DNA of 64,000 nucleotides. Source: Bacteroidota bacterium. GTDB taxonomy: Bacteria > Bacteroidota > Bacteroidia > Bacteroidales > WCHB1-69. This document shows positions 37,616-48,377 of the stretch, in pieces. The notes under the pieces were generated by a model. It was not told where the DNA came from and ran no database searches. It saw only the letters and a program-made list of their open reading frames with translations. How positions within the stretch are numbered: the first letter of the stretch is position 1; the number at the start of each line of letters is the position of its first letter. The stretch is from NCBI GenBank assembly GCA_029570835.1, contig JAKPTX010000117.1, positions 17,151 through 81,150 on the forward strand, written 5' to 3'. Position numbers and translations under genes: made by a program.

Positions 37616-39724
37616 ATGCAACCTCAACTGCTTGATACTCCCATTGAATTTCTGAAAGGTGTAGGACCCAAAAAGGCACAACTTTTTAAAAAAGAGTTTG
37701 AAATCTACACTTTTGAGGATCTGCTTCATTATTACCCATATCGCCACATAGACAAATCCCAAATGCACCTAATCAAAGATATCGTTAGTGAAGGTGCATA
37801 CATTCAATTAAGAGGAAAAGTAGTCTCCTTTGAAATTTTAGGTGAACGGTACAGTAAAAGATTAGTTGCTCAATTTCAGGATCAGAGTGGAAGAATTGAT
37901 TTAGTTTGGTTTAACTCCATCAAGTGGATTGAGGATCTGTTGAAACGCAAACACGAATTTATTGTTTTTGGACGACCTACCCTATTTAATGGACGTTGGA
38001 ATATTACTCATCCGGAATTGGATGACCCTATGAATCAGTCTCAATCAACGGTTTCAGTTGCTTTTCAACCGCTCTATAATAGTAGTGAAAAATCAAAAAA
38101 GGGGGGATTAGATTCCCGCGCTATATCCAAACTGATGGTTACGCTACTCAATAACATTAAAGGTACTGTACAGGAGCGGCTAAGTCCACAATTGATCTCA
38201 AAATATAAACTTCTCCCTATTGAGGAAGCATTAGAAAATATCCACTACCCAAAAAATAACGAATTATTATCGCAAGCCAAACTGAGAATTAAATTTGATG
38301 AACTTTTCTTCACCCAACTGAAAATGCTCAAAATCAAGGTTGAAAATTCAATAAAAAATAAAGGTTTTTTATTCCCTATTGTTGGGGAAACTTTTCATGA
38401 TTATTATAAAAATCACCTCCCTTTTGAGTTAACCAATGCCCAAAAAAGAGTGATTAAAGAGATTCATGCTGACCTTAAAAGCGGTAAACAGATGAATCGC
38501 TTATTGCAAGGTGATGTTGGGAGCGGCAAAACAATCACCGCATTAATGATAATGTTGATTGCTAAAGATAACGGATTCCAATCCTGCATGATGGCACCTA
38601 CTGAAATTCTGGCAACACAACATTATGAATCACTTAAACGCTTGCTGAAAGAGACCAAAGTCAGTGTCGGTTTTCTATCCGGTTCCACTAAAGAGAGTGA
38701 ACGAAAAGTGTTGTTGGAACAACTCTCTACAGGAGCAATAGATATCATAGTTGGAACCCATGCCCTCATTGAAGATCGGGTACAATTTTCTAACTTAGGC
38801 CTGGTTATAATCGATGAACAACATCGTTTTGGGGTTGAACAGCGAGCCAAATTGTGGAAAAAAAATGTTATCTTTCCACATGTACTGGTGATGACAGCCA
38901 CTCCTATTCCAAGAACTTTAGCAATGACTGTATATGGAGACCTGGACCTGTCAGTAATCGATGAACTCCCTAAAGGACGGAAACCAATCATTACAAAACT
39001 TTTGTTTGAAAAGGATCGATTGGCACTTATCGGATTTATCAGACAACAGATTCATTTGGGACGACAAGTGTTTGTTGTTTACCCACTTATTGAAGAATCT
39101 GAAAAGATGGATCTTTTCGACCTGATGGCCGGTTATGAAGTAATGAGCCACCACTTCCCCTACCCGGAGTATGGTGTCGGAATTGTACATGGTAAGATGA
39201 AAGCAGAAGATAAAGATGGGGGAATGCAAAACTTTATTGAGAAAAGAACACATATCCTATTGTCCACTACTGTTATTGAGGTTGGAATTGACATTCCCAA
39301 CGCTTCTGTTATGGTAATTGAAAATGCAGAAAGGTTTGGTCTCTCTCAATTGCACCAACTCCGAGGACGTGTAGGGAGAGGGGCTGAACAATCATATTGT
39401 ATCTTGATGGGGGGACAAAAGATAAGTAAAGAGGGTAGAGAGCGATTACGCGCTATGGTAGAGACTCAAGATGGCTTTGAGATCGCCAATATAGACCTGA
39501 AATTAAGGGGTCCGGGGGAATTGGAAGGTACCAAACAGAGTGGTATTTTGGATTTTAAACTGGCAGATATTGTAAAAGACGAAAAATTGGTCGCATTTAC
39601 CCGCAATCTGGCTAAAAAACTGTTAGAACAGGATCCCGAACTGAAAAAAATAGAACACGAACCGATCAAACAATATCTGGATCGGATCATTAATAAAAAT
39701 CAACATTGGAGCAAAATTAGTTAA
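37616..39724 (+). CDS. recG: ATP-dependent DNA helicase RecG
   Basis: GDVGSGKT, DEQHRFG, TATPIPR, QLRGRVGRG; start at ATG 37616 after TATATTTG 37587-37594. Confidence 0.97.
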   Translation: MQPQLLDTPIEFLKGVGPKKAQLFKKEFEIYTFEDLLHYYPYRHIDKSQMHLIKDIVSEGAYIQLRGKVVSFEILGERYSKRLVAQFQDQSGRIDLVWFNSIKWIEDLLKRKHEFIVFGRPTLFNGRWNITHPELDDPMNQSQSTVSVAFQPLYNSSEKSKKGGLDSRAISKLMVTLLNNIKGTVQERLSPQLISKYKLLPIEEALENIHYPKNNELLSQAKLRIKFDELFFTQLKMLKIKVENSIKNKGFLFPIVGETFHDYYKNHLPFELTNAQKRVIKEIHADLKSGKQMNRLLQGDVGSGKTITALMIMLIAKDNGFQSCMMAPTEILATQHYESLKRLLKETKVSVGFLSGSTKESERKVLLEQLSTGAIDIIVGTHALIEDRVQFSNLGLVIIDEQHRFGVEQRAKLWKKNVIFPHVLVMTATPIPRTLAMTVYGDLDLSVIDELPKGRKPIITKLLFEKDRLALIGFIRQQIHLGRQVFVVYPLIEESEKMDLFDLMAGYEVMSHHFPYPEYGVGIVHGKMKAEDKDGGMQNFIEKRTHILLSTTVIEVGIDIPNASVMVIENAERFGLSQLHQLRGRVGRGAEQSYCILMGGQKISKEGRERLRAMVETQDGFEIANIDLKLRGPGELEGTKQSGILDFKLADIVKDEKLVAFTRNLAKKLLEQDPELKKIEHEPIKQYLDRIINKNQHWSKIS

Positions 39725-39727
39725 AGC

Positions 39728-40201
39728 ATGAAAATCAAATTGATTTGTATCGGGAAAAAAGAGGCTGATTTATTTCAGGAAGCAATCCAATTTTATCAAA
39801 AAAAACTTGAATATTACTGTACTTTTGAATCCATTACAATACCCTACCTAAAAAATGCTCAATCCCTATCTGTAGAAGAACAAAAAAAAAGAGAGGGTGA
39901 ACTATTGTTAAGTAAAATGAATCCCGGAGATCATGTAATCCTTCTAGATGAACAAGGGAAAGAATATGATTCCGTTGCTTTTTCTGAAGCAGTACAACAG
40001 TGGCTCAACAGAGGAATTAAAACTCTAATTTTCGTCATTGGAGGCGCCTATGGATTCTCCGATGAGATCTATCATCGAGGCAATAAAAAGCTCTCTTTAT
40101 CTAAAATGACCTTCACCCATTTGATGACTCGATTAATATTTATTGAACAATTATATCGCGCATTTACTATCATAAATCATGAACCTTATCACCACAAGTA
40201 A
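39728..40201 (+). CDS. rlmH: 23S rRNA pseudouridine1915 N3-methyltransferase
   Basis: FVIGGAYG, LSKMTFTH, EQLYRA, PYHH. Confidence 0.95.
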   Translation: MKIKLICIGKKEADLFQEAIQFYQKKLEYYCTFESITIPYLKNAQSLSVEEQKKREGELLLSKMNPGDHVILLDEQGKEYDSVAFSEAVQQWLNRGIKTLIFVIGGAYGFSDEIYHRGNKKLSLSKMTFTHLMTRLIFIEQLYRAFTIINHEPYHHK

Positions 40202-40313
40202 TCTATAAATCAGGTAATCAATGAGTTAAAAATTTTAAAAAATATCCTTTTGTTCCGATTTTTTTATTATTTTTGTGGGGTTGTATTGAAATTAAAAATC
40301 AAAAAATAAATTT

Positions 40314-42554
40314 ATGAAAAAATCTATTCTTTTATTCGTTTTGATGACGGTAGTAACGTTTGCTTTTGCAACTCCTGTTATTCCTGTTGAAGACGCAAAA
40401 CTGATTTCAAAAAACTTTATAACTGAAATCTCAGGTAACTCAAATTTTCAATTATCAGATTTTGCATTAGTTCATACTGAAACTGATGAAAATGGGGAAA
40501 GTTTATACTACTGTTTTCAAATCCGTGACAATGGATTCATTATGATCTCTGCAACTTCATTAGCACATCCTATTTTAGGATTCTCTTTTGAAGAAAATTT
40601 CACAGATAATGATAAGAGCAACTATTTTATGTTGAAACACCGTGATCAACTTTCTTTCTTAAAAAAGAATCCCGGCCAAGCTAAAAATCACTCTGCCGCT
40701 TGGAGTCGTTATAACACTACTTCCTTTGTACCTAATCAATCTAAAAATGGTAGTGTAGGTGTTGAGCCATTGCTCACAACAACTTGGAGTCAAGAAAAGT
40801 ATTACAACGCCTATTGTCCTTTTGATTCAAGACCTAGTCAAACAGGAACTTCGGCTTCCCGTGATTACAGAGCTTATAATGGCTGCGTTGCTGTAAACTT
40901 AACCAACCTGATGTTCTTTCACAGATGGCCTGCTACCGGAAGTGGTGGTATATCTTATATTCCTGTAGATTATAACGTTGATCCTCCTCACGTTTATCCA
41001 CGTCAAACTGTGAACTTTGGACAAAACTCATACAATTACGACGTAATGTATGAAGGTAGACTCGAAAGTTATGTTAATGAACTCGCCAAATTGTTCTATC
41101 ATGCCGGAGTTTCTGTAAATATGTCTTACGGGAATGAAGGTTCCGGATCTAACTCTTTGGAAGCAGTTAACGCATTGAAAACGAACTGGAAAATGAATCA
41201 ATTTTTATTTAACTTGAGAGAATCTGACTTGAGTGAAAATGCATTCATTGACTCTATGATTACACAACTTGATAAAAATCTTCCTCTCTATTTTTCGGCT
41301 ACAGTTGGTGGAGAAGATGGACACGCATTTATGATTGATGGCTATATGAATATTGACTCAACAACAACCTATTTCCACTGTAACTTTGGTTGGGGAGGAA
41401 GCAAAAATGGATATTACCTATTCAATAACCTTGACGGATACAATGCCGATGAAAGTATCTTGATGAATGTTATACCCAATACCGATGATATCGACGTACT
41501 CAAACCTCTAACTTCTAATGATACTATCACTGCCACTTTAGGAACCATTTCTGATGGATCAGGTGCATACAAATATCAACCAAACACAGAACGTTCTTGG
41601 TTATTTAATACACCAAATGCAACTAGATATACCTTCAATTTTTCAAAAATCAAAACTGAAGCCAATGGTGATATCATCACTATTTACAATGGACCTACTA
41701 TAGCTTCAGGAGTTAAAGCTCAATTTAGCGGTAACTATTTAATGAAAGCAACCAATGATCCCTATGGTGCAATTCAAAGTGTGTTTCCAGGTACTCCACT
41801 TCCAGGACCTGTTGTTGTTAACAGTTCTTCAGTCCTAGTTACTTTTACATCTAACAGTAATGATATTACTGACTATGGATTTGTAATGAACTATAAAGCA
41901 ACAACTTCAAATGTTCCTGAAATGTGCGCTAGTGTAACTATTATTCCAGGAACAGAAGTTATTGGTATAATTAGTGATAAGAATCTTAGTGCTGATGATA
42001 ATTTAAACTATGCAGCTGACAAAGAATGTCAATTTATTGGTAGACTTTTTAACTACGTGGATGGCTTTGCCATGGCTTTTACAAAGTTTGATCTTTTGGA
42101 AGGAGACTATGTTGATGTATGGGATATTTCAAACCAAAATATTCCAGAATTGGTTAAACGCTTCGACATAAACAATATGCCTAATGGTCCTTTCAATGTT
42201 AGCGCCCGTAAATTCCAGGTTAACTTCGTTTCTGACAACTGGAGACAAGGAACAGGTTTCAAATTACAATATTATGCTATCCTCGGAGTTAACAATAATA
42301 GCGGACTTGACAATGTAGCTGTTTATCCTAATCCGACTTCAGGTAATATCAATATTGCTATTTCTACCGACTTAAATGAAACTATGCAATTCCAAATCTT
42401 TGATATGACCGGTAAAATGATCTCTTCAGAGAGTGCTGAAGTTTCAGGTGACTACGTTTACACCACTTCAACAAATCATTTAGCCACAGGAATCTATATG
42501 GTTCATATTAATACATCTAAAGGTAAGAGCGTTCACAAATTTATCGTTGAATAA
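40314..42554 (+). CDS. C10-family (SpeB-like) cysteine peptidase with CUB-like domains and a T9SS C-terminal sorting domain
   Basis: Signal and prodomain, WSQ, GCVA (Cys), GHAF (His), NFGWGG; C-terminal VYPNP..GIYMV..KFIVE. Confidence 0.9.
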   Translation: MKKSILLFVLMTVVTFAFATPVIPVEDAKLISKNFITEISGNSNFQLSDFALVHTETDENGESLYYCFQIRDNGFIMISATSLAHPILGFSFEENFTDNDKSNYFMLKHRDQLSFLKKNPGQAKNHSAAWSRYNTTSFVPNQSKNGSVGVEPLLTTTWSQEKYYNAYCPFDSRPSQTGTSASRDYRAYNGCVAVNLTNLMFFHRWPATGSGGISYIPVDYNVDPPHVYPRQTVNFGQNSYNYDVMYEGRLESYVNELAKLFYHAGVSVNMSYGNEGSGSNSLEAVNALKTNWKMNQFLFNLRESDLSENAFIDSMITQLDKNLPLYFSATVGGEDGHAFMIDGYMNIDSTTTYFHCNFGWGGSKNGYYLFNNLDGYNADESILMNVIPNTDDIDVLKPLTSNDTITATLGTISDGSGAYKYQPNTERSWLFNTPNATRYTFNFSKIKTEANGDIITIYNGPTIASGVKAQFSGNYLMKATNDPYGAIQSVFPGTPLPGPVVVNSSSVLVTFTSNSNDITDYGFVMNYKATTSNVPEMCASVTIIPGTEVIGIISDKNLSADDNLNYAADKECQFIGRLFNYVDGFAMAFTKFDLLEGDYVDVWDISNQNIPELVKRFDINNMPNGPFNVSARKFQVNFVSDNWRQGTGFKLQYYAILGVNNNSGLDNVAVYPNPTSGNINIAISTDLNETMQFQIFDMTGKMISSESAEVSGDYVYTTSTNHLATGIYMVHINTSKGKSVHKFIVE

Positions 42555-42574
42555 TTTTTATCTTTGCATAGCAT

Positions 42575-42600
42575 AAAGGCGGTTTGAACCGCCTTTTTTT
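42575..42600 (+). terminator. Rho-independent terminator
   Basis: AAAGGCGGTT-TG-AACCGCCTTT plus T-run. Confidence 0.85.
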
Positions 42601-42672
42601 ATAAAAAATAAAATATAAAAATTTTGATAGCGTTTTCAATTTTATATAGATCAATCTAAAACTCTATGCCCT

Positions 42673-43716
42673 ATGAAAAAAATCTTAATTACAGGAGGTG
42701 CCGGATTTATTGGATCACATGTGGTACGTCTTTTTGTTCAAAAATACCCTTTCTACGAAATCTATAACGTAGATAAACTAACTTATGCCGGGAACCTGGA
42801 GAACTTAAAAGATGTTGAAAAGGCGCCTAACTATCATTTTATTCAGGCTGATATCGTGGATTCTGACTTAATGCTGGAACTTTTTAAAAAATATCAATTT
42901 GATGGAGTCCTCCATCTGGCAGCTGAATCTCATGTGGATCGATCTATTGAAAGTCCTATGGAGTTTATCTATACTAATGTGGTTGGAACCGTTAACTTAC
43001 TGAATTGCGCACGTGCAATCTGGAAAGATCAGTATCAGGGAAAACGTTTTTACCATATTTCCACCGACGAGGTATACGGATCTTTATCTGAAGAGGGTTT
43101 ATTCACAGAAACAACACCCTATGATCCACATAGTCCATACTCTGCATCAAAAGCTGCTTCAGATCACTTCGTGAGAGCTTACCACGACACTTACGGTCTA
43201 CCCGTAGTGATTTCCAACTGCTCCAATAATTATGGCCCCAATCAGTTTCCCGAAAAGTTGATCCCTCTCTTTATTCATAATATTAAAAACAATATTCCAC
43301 TTCCGGTATATGGAAAAGGAATCAATGTGAGAGACTGGTTATATGTTGAAGATCATGCTAAAGCTATAGACCTGTTGTTTCACCAGGCTAAAGTGGGAGA
43401 AACCTACAATATCGGAGGAAATAATGAGTGGCGTAATATTGACCTCATCAAGCAATTGATTGCCATTATGGACCGCAAATTGGGCAGACCGGAAGGAACT
43501 TCTCTTTCACTCATCACTTATGTAACAGACAGAGCAGGACACGATTTACGCTATGCAATTGATGCTTCCAAAATTAAAAATGATTTGGGATGGGAGCCTA
43601 CCATACAGTTTATTGAAGGATTTGAAAAAACCATCGACTGGTACCTGGCAAATGAAGAGTGGCTGGATAATATTGTCTCCGGTGAATATAAAAATTACGT
43701 TCCATCTCATCCATGA
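42673..43716 (+). CDS. rfbB: dTDP-glucose 4,6-dehydratase
   Basis: TGGAGFIG, HLAAESHVDRS, STDEVYG, YSASK, NNYGP. Confidence 0.96.
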   Translation: MKKILITGGAGFIGSHVVRLFVQKYPFYEIYNVDKLTYAGNLENLKDVEKAPNYHFIQADIVDSDLMLELFKKYQFDGVLHLAAESHVDRSIESPMEFIYTNVVGTVNLLNCARAIWKDQYQGKRFYHISTDEVYGSLSEEGLFTETTPYDPHSPYSASKAASDHFVRAYHDTYGLPVVISNCSNNYGPNQFPEKLIPLFIHNIKNNIPLPVYGKGINVRDWLYVEDHAKAIDLLFHQAKVGETYNIGGNNEWRNIDLIKQLIAIMDRKLGRPEGTSLSLITYVTDRAGHDLRYAIDASKIKNDLGWEPTIQFIEGFEKTIDWYLANEEWLDNIVSGEYKNYVPSHP

Positions 43717-44627
43717 TTCGATATTTAGAATCTTCCGATATTGACCCTCAACAGTGGGACCGCTGTATTGCTGCTTCCGCCTACTCTACTATTTTTGCCT
43801 CTTTTGACTTCTTGTCCGCAGCAAGTGACAGGTGGGGTGCTCTGGTGACAGAGTATTATGAAAGTGTAATGCCTTTGCCCTACCGCAACAAATTTGGAAT
43901 GCGCTACGTCTTCTCTCCCCCCTTTATTTCTAGATTAGGAATATATTCAAAAAAAGAAATAGATCACGCTTTGGAAAAAAAGATGATCGAAATGATTCCT
44001 AAAAAATTTGTGCTTACTGATCTAATTTTGCATCCTCTCCATCAATATCCCGAAACGACAACTCATGTTTCATACCAACTTGCTCTGAATCAGGAATATG
44101 AACAATTAAAAAAGCAATACAACGAAAACACCAAGCGAAATCTTAAAAAAATCAATGAAGAGGAGCTAATATACTCACAAGATGTTACAACTGAGCAAGT
44201 TATAGATCTTTTTTCCAATAATAGAGGAGAAAATGTGAAGCTACCCAACCATTTTTACAGTACATTAGTCCGACTGGCAGAAGAAGCCGATAAGCAGAAT
44301 CGTTTGGAGAAAAAAGCAGTTTATGATCGATCGGGGAACCTGCTTGCCGGTGCGCTTTTTTTGCATGATTATCAAAGGGTTTGGTTTTGGTTTTCCGGTC
44401 GGGATCAAGCAAAAAGTGATCAAATGGGAATGTTTTATCTTATTGATCAATGGATTCGTCAAAATGTCAACCACAATCTGATTTTGGATTTCAACGGCTC
44501 TAATAATCCCAATATTGCCCGCTTTTATCATGGATTTGGAGCAGAAAAATATGAGTATCCTTTCTATCAAAAGAAAAAAAAAGGAATAAAAATGATAATT
44601 TCTGCCTATCGATATCTAATAAAATAG
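43713..44627 (+). CDS. GNAT/FemAB-like acyltransferase-fold protein
   Basis: NTKRNLKK and DFNGSNNPNIARFYHGFGA motifs. Confidence 0.7.
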   Translation: MIRYLESSDIDPQQWDRCIAASAYSTIFASFDFLSAASDRWGALVTEYYESVMPLPYRNKFGMRYVFSPPFISRLGIYSKKEIDHALEKKMIEMIPKKFVLTDLILHPLHQYPETTTHVSYQLALNQEYEQLKKQYNENTKRNLKKINEEELIYSQDVTTEQVIDLFSNNRGENVKLPNHFYSTLVRLAEEADKQNRLEKKAVYDRSGNLLAGALFLHDYQRVWFWFSGRDQAKSDQMGMFYLIDQWIRQNVNHNLILDFNGSNNPNIARFYHGFGAEKYEYPFYQKKKKGIKMIISAYRYLIK

Positions 44628-44652
44628 TATCTTTACGGAAAAAATAAGAATC

Positions 44653-45315
44653 ATGTTAACAGTACACAATTTAGGAGCCACCAATTCGATTTTCAATCAG
44701 TTTATTGCTGAGATCAGAAGTATTAAAGATCAAGGAGATAGCATGCGTTTCAGACGCAATATGGAACGAATGGGTGAAATTTTTGCGTATGAAATCAGTA
44801 AAACTTTGCGATATAAAAAAGAGGAGATCTCGACTCCTTTTGGTATTACTTCGCTTCCATTAATTCAGAGACAACCTGTCATCGCGACCATTTTACGTGC
44901 CGGTTTGCCGCTTCATCAAGGGTTTCTCAACTATTTTGACAAAGCTGAAAATGCTTTTGTATCCGCTTACCGTAAGCATCACCGTGACAGAAGTTTTGAG
45001 ATCCAGCTCGATTATATCTCTTGTCCCGAGATTACCAATAAGACCTTAATTATTACGGATCCGATGATTGCCACCGGACAGTCGATGTGTATTGTTTACG
45101 AAGCGCTGCTTGAGAACGGAAAACCCAAACATACTCACATTGTTACCTCCATCATTAGTTCTCAGGGGTTAGAGTATCTGCAATCGCATCTTCCGCCGTT
45201 GAAATGCACTCTCTGGGTAGGCGCAATAGATGATGGTTTAACAGCACAATCTTATATTGTGCCCGGTTTGGGTGATGCCGGTGATTTGGCGTTTGGCAAT
45301 AAAGCCCAAGATTAA
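44653..45315 (+). CDS. upp: Uracil phosphoribosyltransferase
   Basis: ILRAG, DPMIATG, YIVPGLGDAGD. Confidence 0.95.
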   Translation: MLTVHNLGATNSIFNQFIAEIRSIKDQGDSMRFRRNMERMGEIFAYEISKTLRYKKEEISTPFGITSLPLIQRQPVIATILRAGLPLHQGFLNYFDKAENAFVSAYRKHHRDRSFEIQLDYISCPEITNKTLIITDPMIATGQSMCIVYEALLENGKPKHTHIVTSIISSQGLEYLQSHLPPLKCTLWVGAIDDGLTAQSYIVPGLGDAGDLAFGNKAQD

Positions 45316-45350
45316 TTTAGTTTATTACTTTTCTTTTGGAAATAAAAAAA

Positions 45351-45378
45351 AGGGGGGGACGCAAATTCCCCCCTCTTT
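45351..45378. terminator. Likely bidirectional terminator between upp and gcvP
   Basis: A-tract, GGGGGGA-loop-TCCCCCC, then T-rich tail. Confidence 0.6.
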
Positions 45379-45384
45379 GATTCT

Positions 45385-48249
45385 TTATTCGTAGTAATCT
45401 TCACAACTACACATTAAGTTCCTGTCCCCATGAGCTTCGTTCACTTTACTTACTGTTGGCCAATATTTTTCAGTGTGTGGCTGTGGGAATGCTGCTCTTT
45501 GACGAGTATAAGGTCTTGTCCACTCATCGGCACAAATCACTTGCATGGTGTGTGGAGCATTCTTGATTAAGTTGTTCTCACGATCTGCTTTACCCTCTTC
45601 AATCTCTCTGATCTCCTCACGGATTGAGATGAGGGCATCACATAATCTGTCTATTTCACTTAGTGGTTCACTTTCAGTAGGCTCAATCATCAATGTTCCA
45701 TGTACCGGGAATGCCACTGTTGGAGCGTGGAAACCGTAGTCCATCAAACGTTTCGCAATATCTCCTACCAGAACACCTGCTGTCTTATCAAACTCATTGC
45801 AATCGATAATAAATTCATGAGCGCACATACCTTTCTCACCGGTGTACAAAATAGGATAATGATCTTGTAAACGCACTCTCATATAGTTGGCATTTAATAT
45901 GGCCATCTCAGTAGCTGACTTCAATCCGGGACCACCTAACATTTTCAGATAACCGTAAGTGGTGGGTAATGCTGCCGGACTACCATAAGGAGCTGCAGAA
46001 ACCTGACTTCCATGAGTTCCACCGGTTGGTACCAACACGTGGTTAGGTAGGAAATCCACTAAATGTTCAGCCACACCGATAGGTCCAATTCCGGGACCAC
46101 CACCACCGTGAGGAATCGCAAAAGTTTTATGCAGATTCAAGTGACAAACATCAGCTCCCATGTAGCCTGGGGAGGTTAAGCCTACCTGAGCATTCATGTT
46201 AGCTCCGTCCATATAAACTTGTCCGCCATTTTCGTGAATAATATTGATAATCTCTAAGATTGCTTCTTCAAACACCCCGTGAGTTGATGGATAAGTTACC
46301 ATCAAGCAGGAAAGTTTATCTCTGTGTTCTACCGCTTTAGCTCTCAAGTCTTCCACGTCAATCTCCCCTTTATCAGTAGATTTCACGATTACAATATCCA
46401 AACCGGCTTTAGCAGCTGATGCAGGATTAGTACCGTGAGCAGAAGCAGGAATCAAACAAACAGTTCTGTGTCCCTCTCCTTTACTAATTTGATAGTTACG
46501 GATCGTGGTTAAACCGGCATACTCTCCGGCAGCCCCCGAATTAGGTTGGAAAGAGATCGCTTTGAAGCCCGTAATTAAACTCAACCACTCATCCATCTCC
46601 TCAATCATTTCCATAAAGCCTTCTGCTTGATCAAGCGGAGCAAATGGGTGAATAGCTCCCACTTCTGTCCAGGTTAATGGGAATACCTCAGCAGCTGCGT
46701 TCAACTTCATGGTACAAGATCCAAGAGGAATCATTGCTCTGTTTAAAGAAAGATCCTTCACCTCAAGCAGTTTCATATATCTCATCATTTCTGTCTCAGA
46801 GTGATATTTGTGGAACACTTCGTGAGTCATAAAATCAGAGGTACGATGTAAAGATTCAGGAATATGCAATGCCGGAACACAATTACCGGTGCAAACATAA
46901 GGCTTATGCTCTTTATTAACAGCTTTTGCCAACACTTCCAAAATCTCATTCACATCCTCTAACAATACAGTTTCATCCAATGAGATAGTTAAACACTCAT
47001 CGCACCAGTAGTAGAAGTTGATTTGATGTTCTAGTGCTACCTTTTTAACTTGTTCTGTATTAAACCCTTGTGGAACCTGCAAGCAAACTGTATCGAAAAA
47101 GTTTTGATTGTGTTGTTTATATCCCAATTTTTCAGCTTCGTTAGCCAAAATACCGGTCAAAACATTAATTTTTGTTGCTTTATCTTTCAATCCTTTTGGA
47201 CCATGCCACAATGCGTAAAATCCGGCTGATATAGCAGAAAGTACAGATGCGGTACAGATATTGGAGGTTGCTCTTTCTCTCTTGATATGTTGCTCTCTGG
47301 TTTGAAGTGCCATTCTCAACGCTTTATTTCCTTGTGCGTCAATGGTTACTCCGATAATTCTACCGGGCATCTGCCTCTTCATGCTCTCATTACAAGCAAA
47401 GTAACCTGCATGAGGTCCACCAAAGCCCATTGTAGCTCCAAAACGTTGGGTATTCCCTACCACACCATCAGCACCCCATTCTCCCGGAGGAGTTAAAAGA
47501 GTCAGAGCCAAAAGATCAGCAGCAACTCCTACGAAAATTCCTTTTTCTTTGGCATCTTTAACAAATGAGGTATAATCAACAACTCGTCCCCAACTACCGG
47601 GATATTGAAGCATCAAACCAAAGTAAGTATTATCCAATGTGGTTTTAAACGGATCACCTGAAACTACCTCAATACCTTGTGGTCTGGCATTTGTTTTGAT
47701 CACCTCTAAAGTTTGAGGGAAAAGGTCTTCAGCTACAAAAAATTTGTTTACGTTGTTTTTAACCATGTCACGAGGTCTGCTGTTGAAAAACATCAACATC
47801 AACTCAGCCGCAGATGTTGCCTCATCCAGCATAGATGCGTTTGCCAAATCCATTCCGGTTAAATCGCATAACATGGTTTGATAATTCAATAATGCTTCCA
47901 AACGCCCTTGGGCAATCTCCGCCTGATAGGGAGTATAAGCCGTGTACCATCCGGGATTTTCAGTAATATTTCTCTGAATTACAGCGGGAGTATAGGAATT
48001 GTAATAACCCATTCCTATATAGGATTTATAAATCTTATTTTTGGCAAACAATGCTCTTACATGTTTTAAATAAACCCCTTCGGTCATCCCTTCGGGAAGA
48101 GGAAGATCCTCTTTGAAACGAATTGCAGCAGGAACAGTTTGTTCAATCAACTCCTCCATACTGTTCACTCCGATTCTTTTCAACATCACGTCCACCTCTT
48201 CCGGAGTTGGCCCATTATGTCTGTCCTTAAAGTCGTCTTTAATAATCAT
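45385..48249 (-). CDS. gcvP: Glycine dehydrogenase (aminomethyl-transferring)
   Basis: YTPYQAEIAQGRLE, TSNICT, PLGSCTMK, LNLHKTF; start at ATG 48249. Confidence 0.97.
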   Translation of the reverse strand: MIIKDDFKDRHNGPTPEEVDVMLKRIGVNSMEELIEQTVPAAIRFKEDLPLPEGMTEGVYLKHVRALFAKNKIYKSYIGMGYYNSYTPAVIQRNITENPGWYTAYTPYQAEIAQGRLEALLNYQTMLCDLTGMDLANASMLDEATSAAELMLMFFNSRPRDMVKNNVNKFFVAEDLFPQTLEVIKTNARPQGIEVVSGDPFKTTLDNTYFGLMLQYPGSWGRVVDYTSFVKDAKEKGIFVGVAADLLALTLLTPPGEWGADGVVGNTQRFGATMGFGGPHAGYFACNESMKRQMPGRIIGVTIDAQGNKALRMALQTREQHIKRERATSNICTASVLSAISAGFYALWHGPKGLKDKATKINVLTGILANEAEKLGYKQHNQNFFDTVCLQVPQGFNTEQVKKVALEHQINFYYWCDECLTISLDETVLLEDVNEILEVLAKAVNKEHKPYVCTGNCVPALHIPESLHRTSDFMTHEVFHKYHSETEMMRYMKLLEVKDLSLNRAMIPLGSCTMKLNAAAEVFPLTWTEVGAIHPFAPLDQAEGFMEMIEEMDEWLSLITGFKAISFQPNSGAAGEYAGLTTIRNYQISKGEGHRTVCLIPASAHGTNPASAAKAGLDIVIVKSTDKGEIDVEDLRAKAVEHRDKLSCLMVTYPSTHGVFEEAILEIINIIHENGGQVYMDGANMNAQVGLTSPGYMGADVCHLNLHKTFAIPHGGGGPGIGPIGVAEHLVDFLPNHVLVPTGGTHGSQVSAAPYGSPAALPTTYGYLKMLGGPGLKSATEMAILNANYMRVRLQDHYPILYTGEKGMCAHEFIIDCNEFDKTAGVLVGDIAKRLMDYGFHAPTVAFPVHGTLMIEPTESEPLSEIDRLCDALISIREEIREIEEGKADRENNLIKNAPHTMQVICADEWTRPYTRQRAAFPQPHTEKYWPTVSKVNEAHGDRNLMCSCEDYYE

Positions 48250-48377
48250 ATACAATCTATATTTTACGTTAAACATCCGTTTGTTTCGGGAAAAACCCAA
48301 TCTGCAAAGATATAAAAAATAATTGTGTTATACCCTATTAGAGGAGATCATAAAAAAGTTGTATTTTTGCATTTTAT

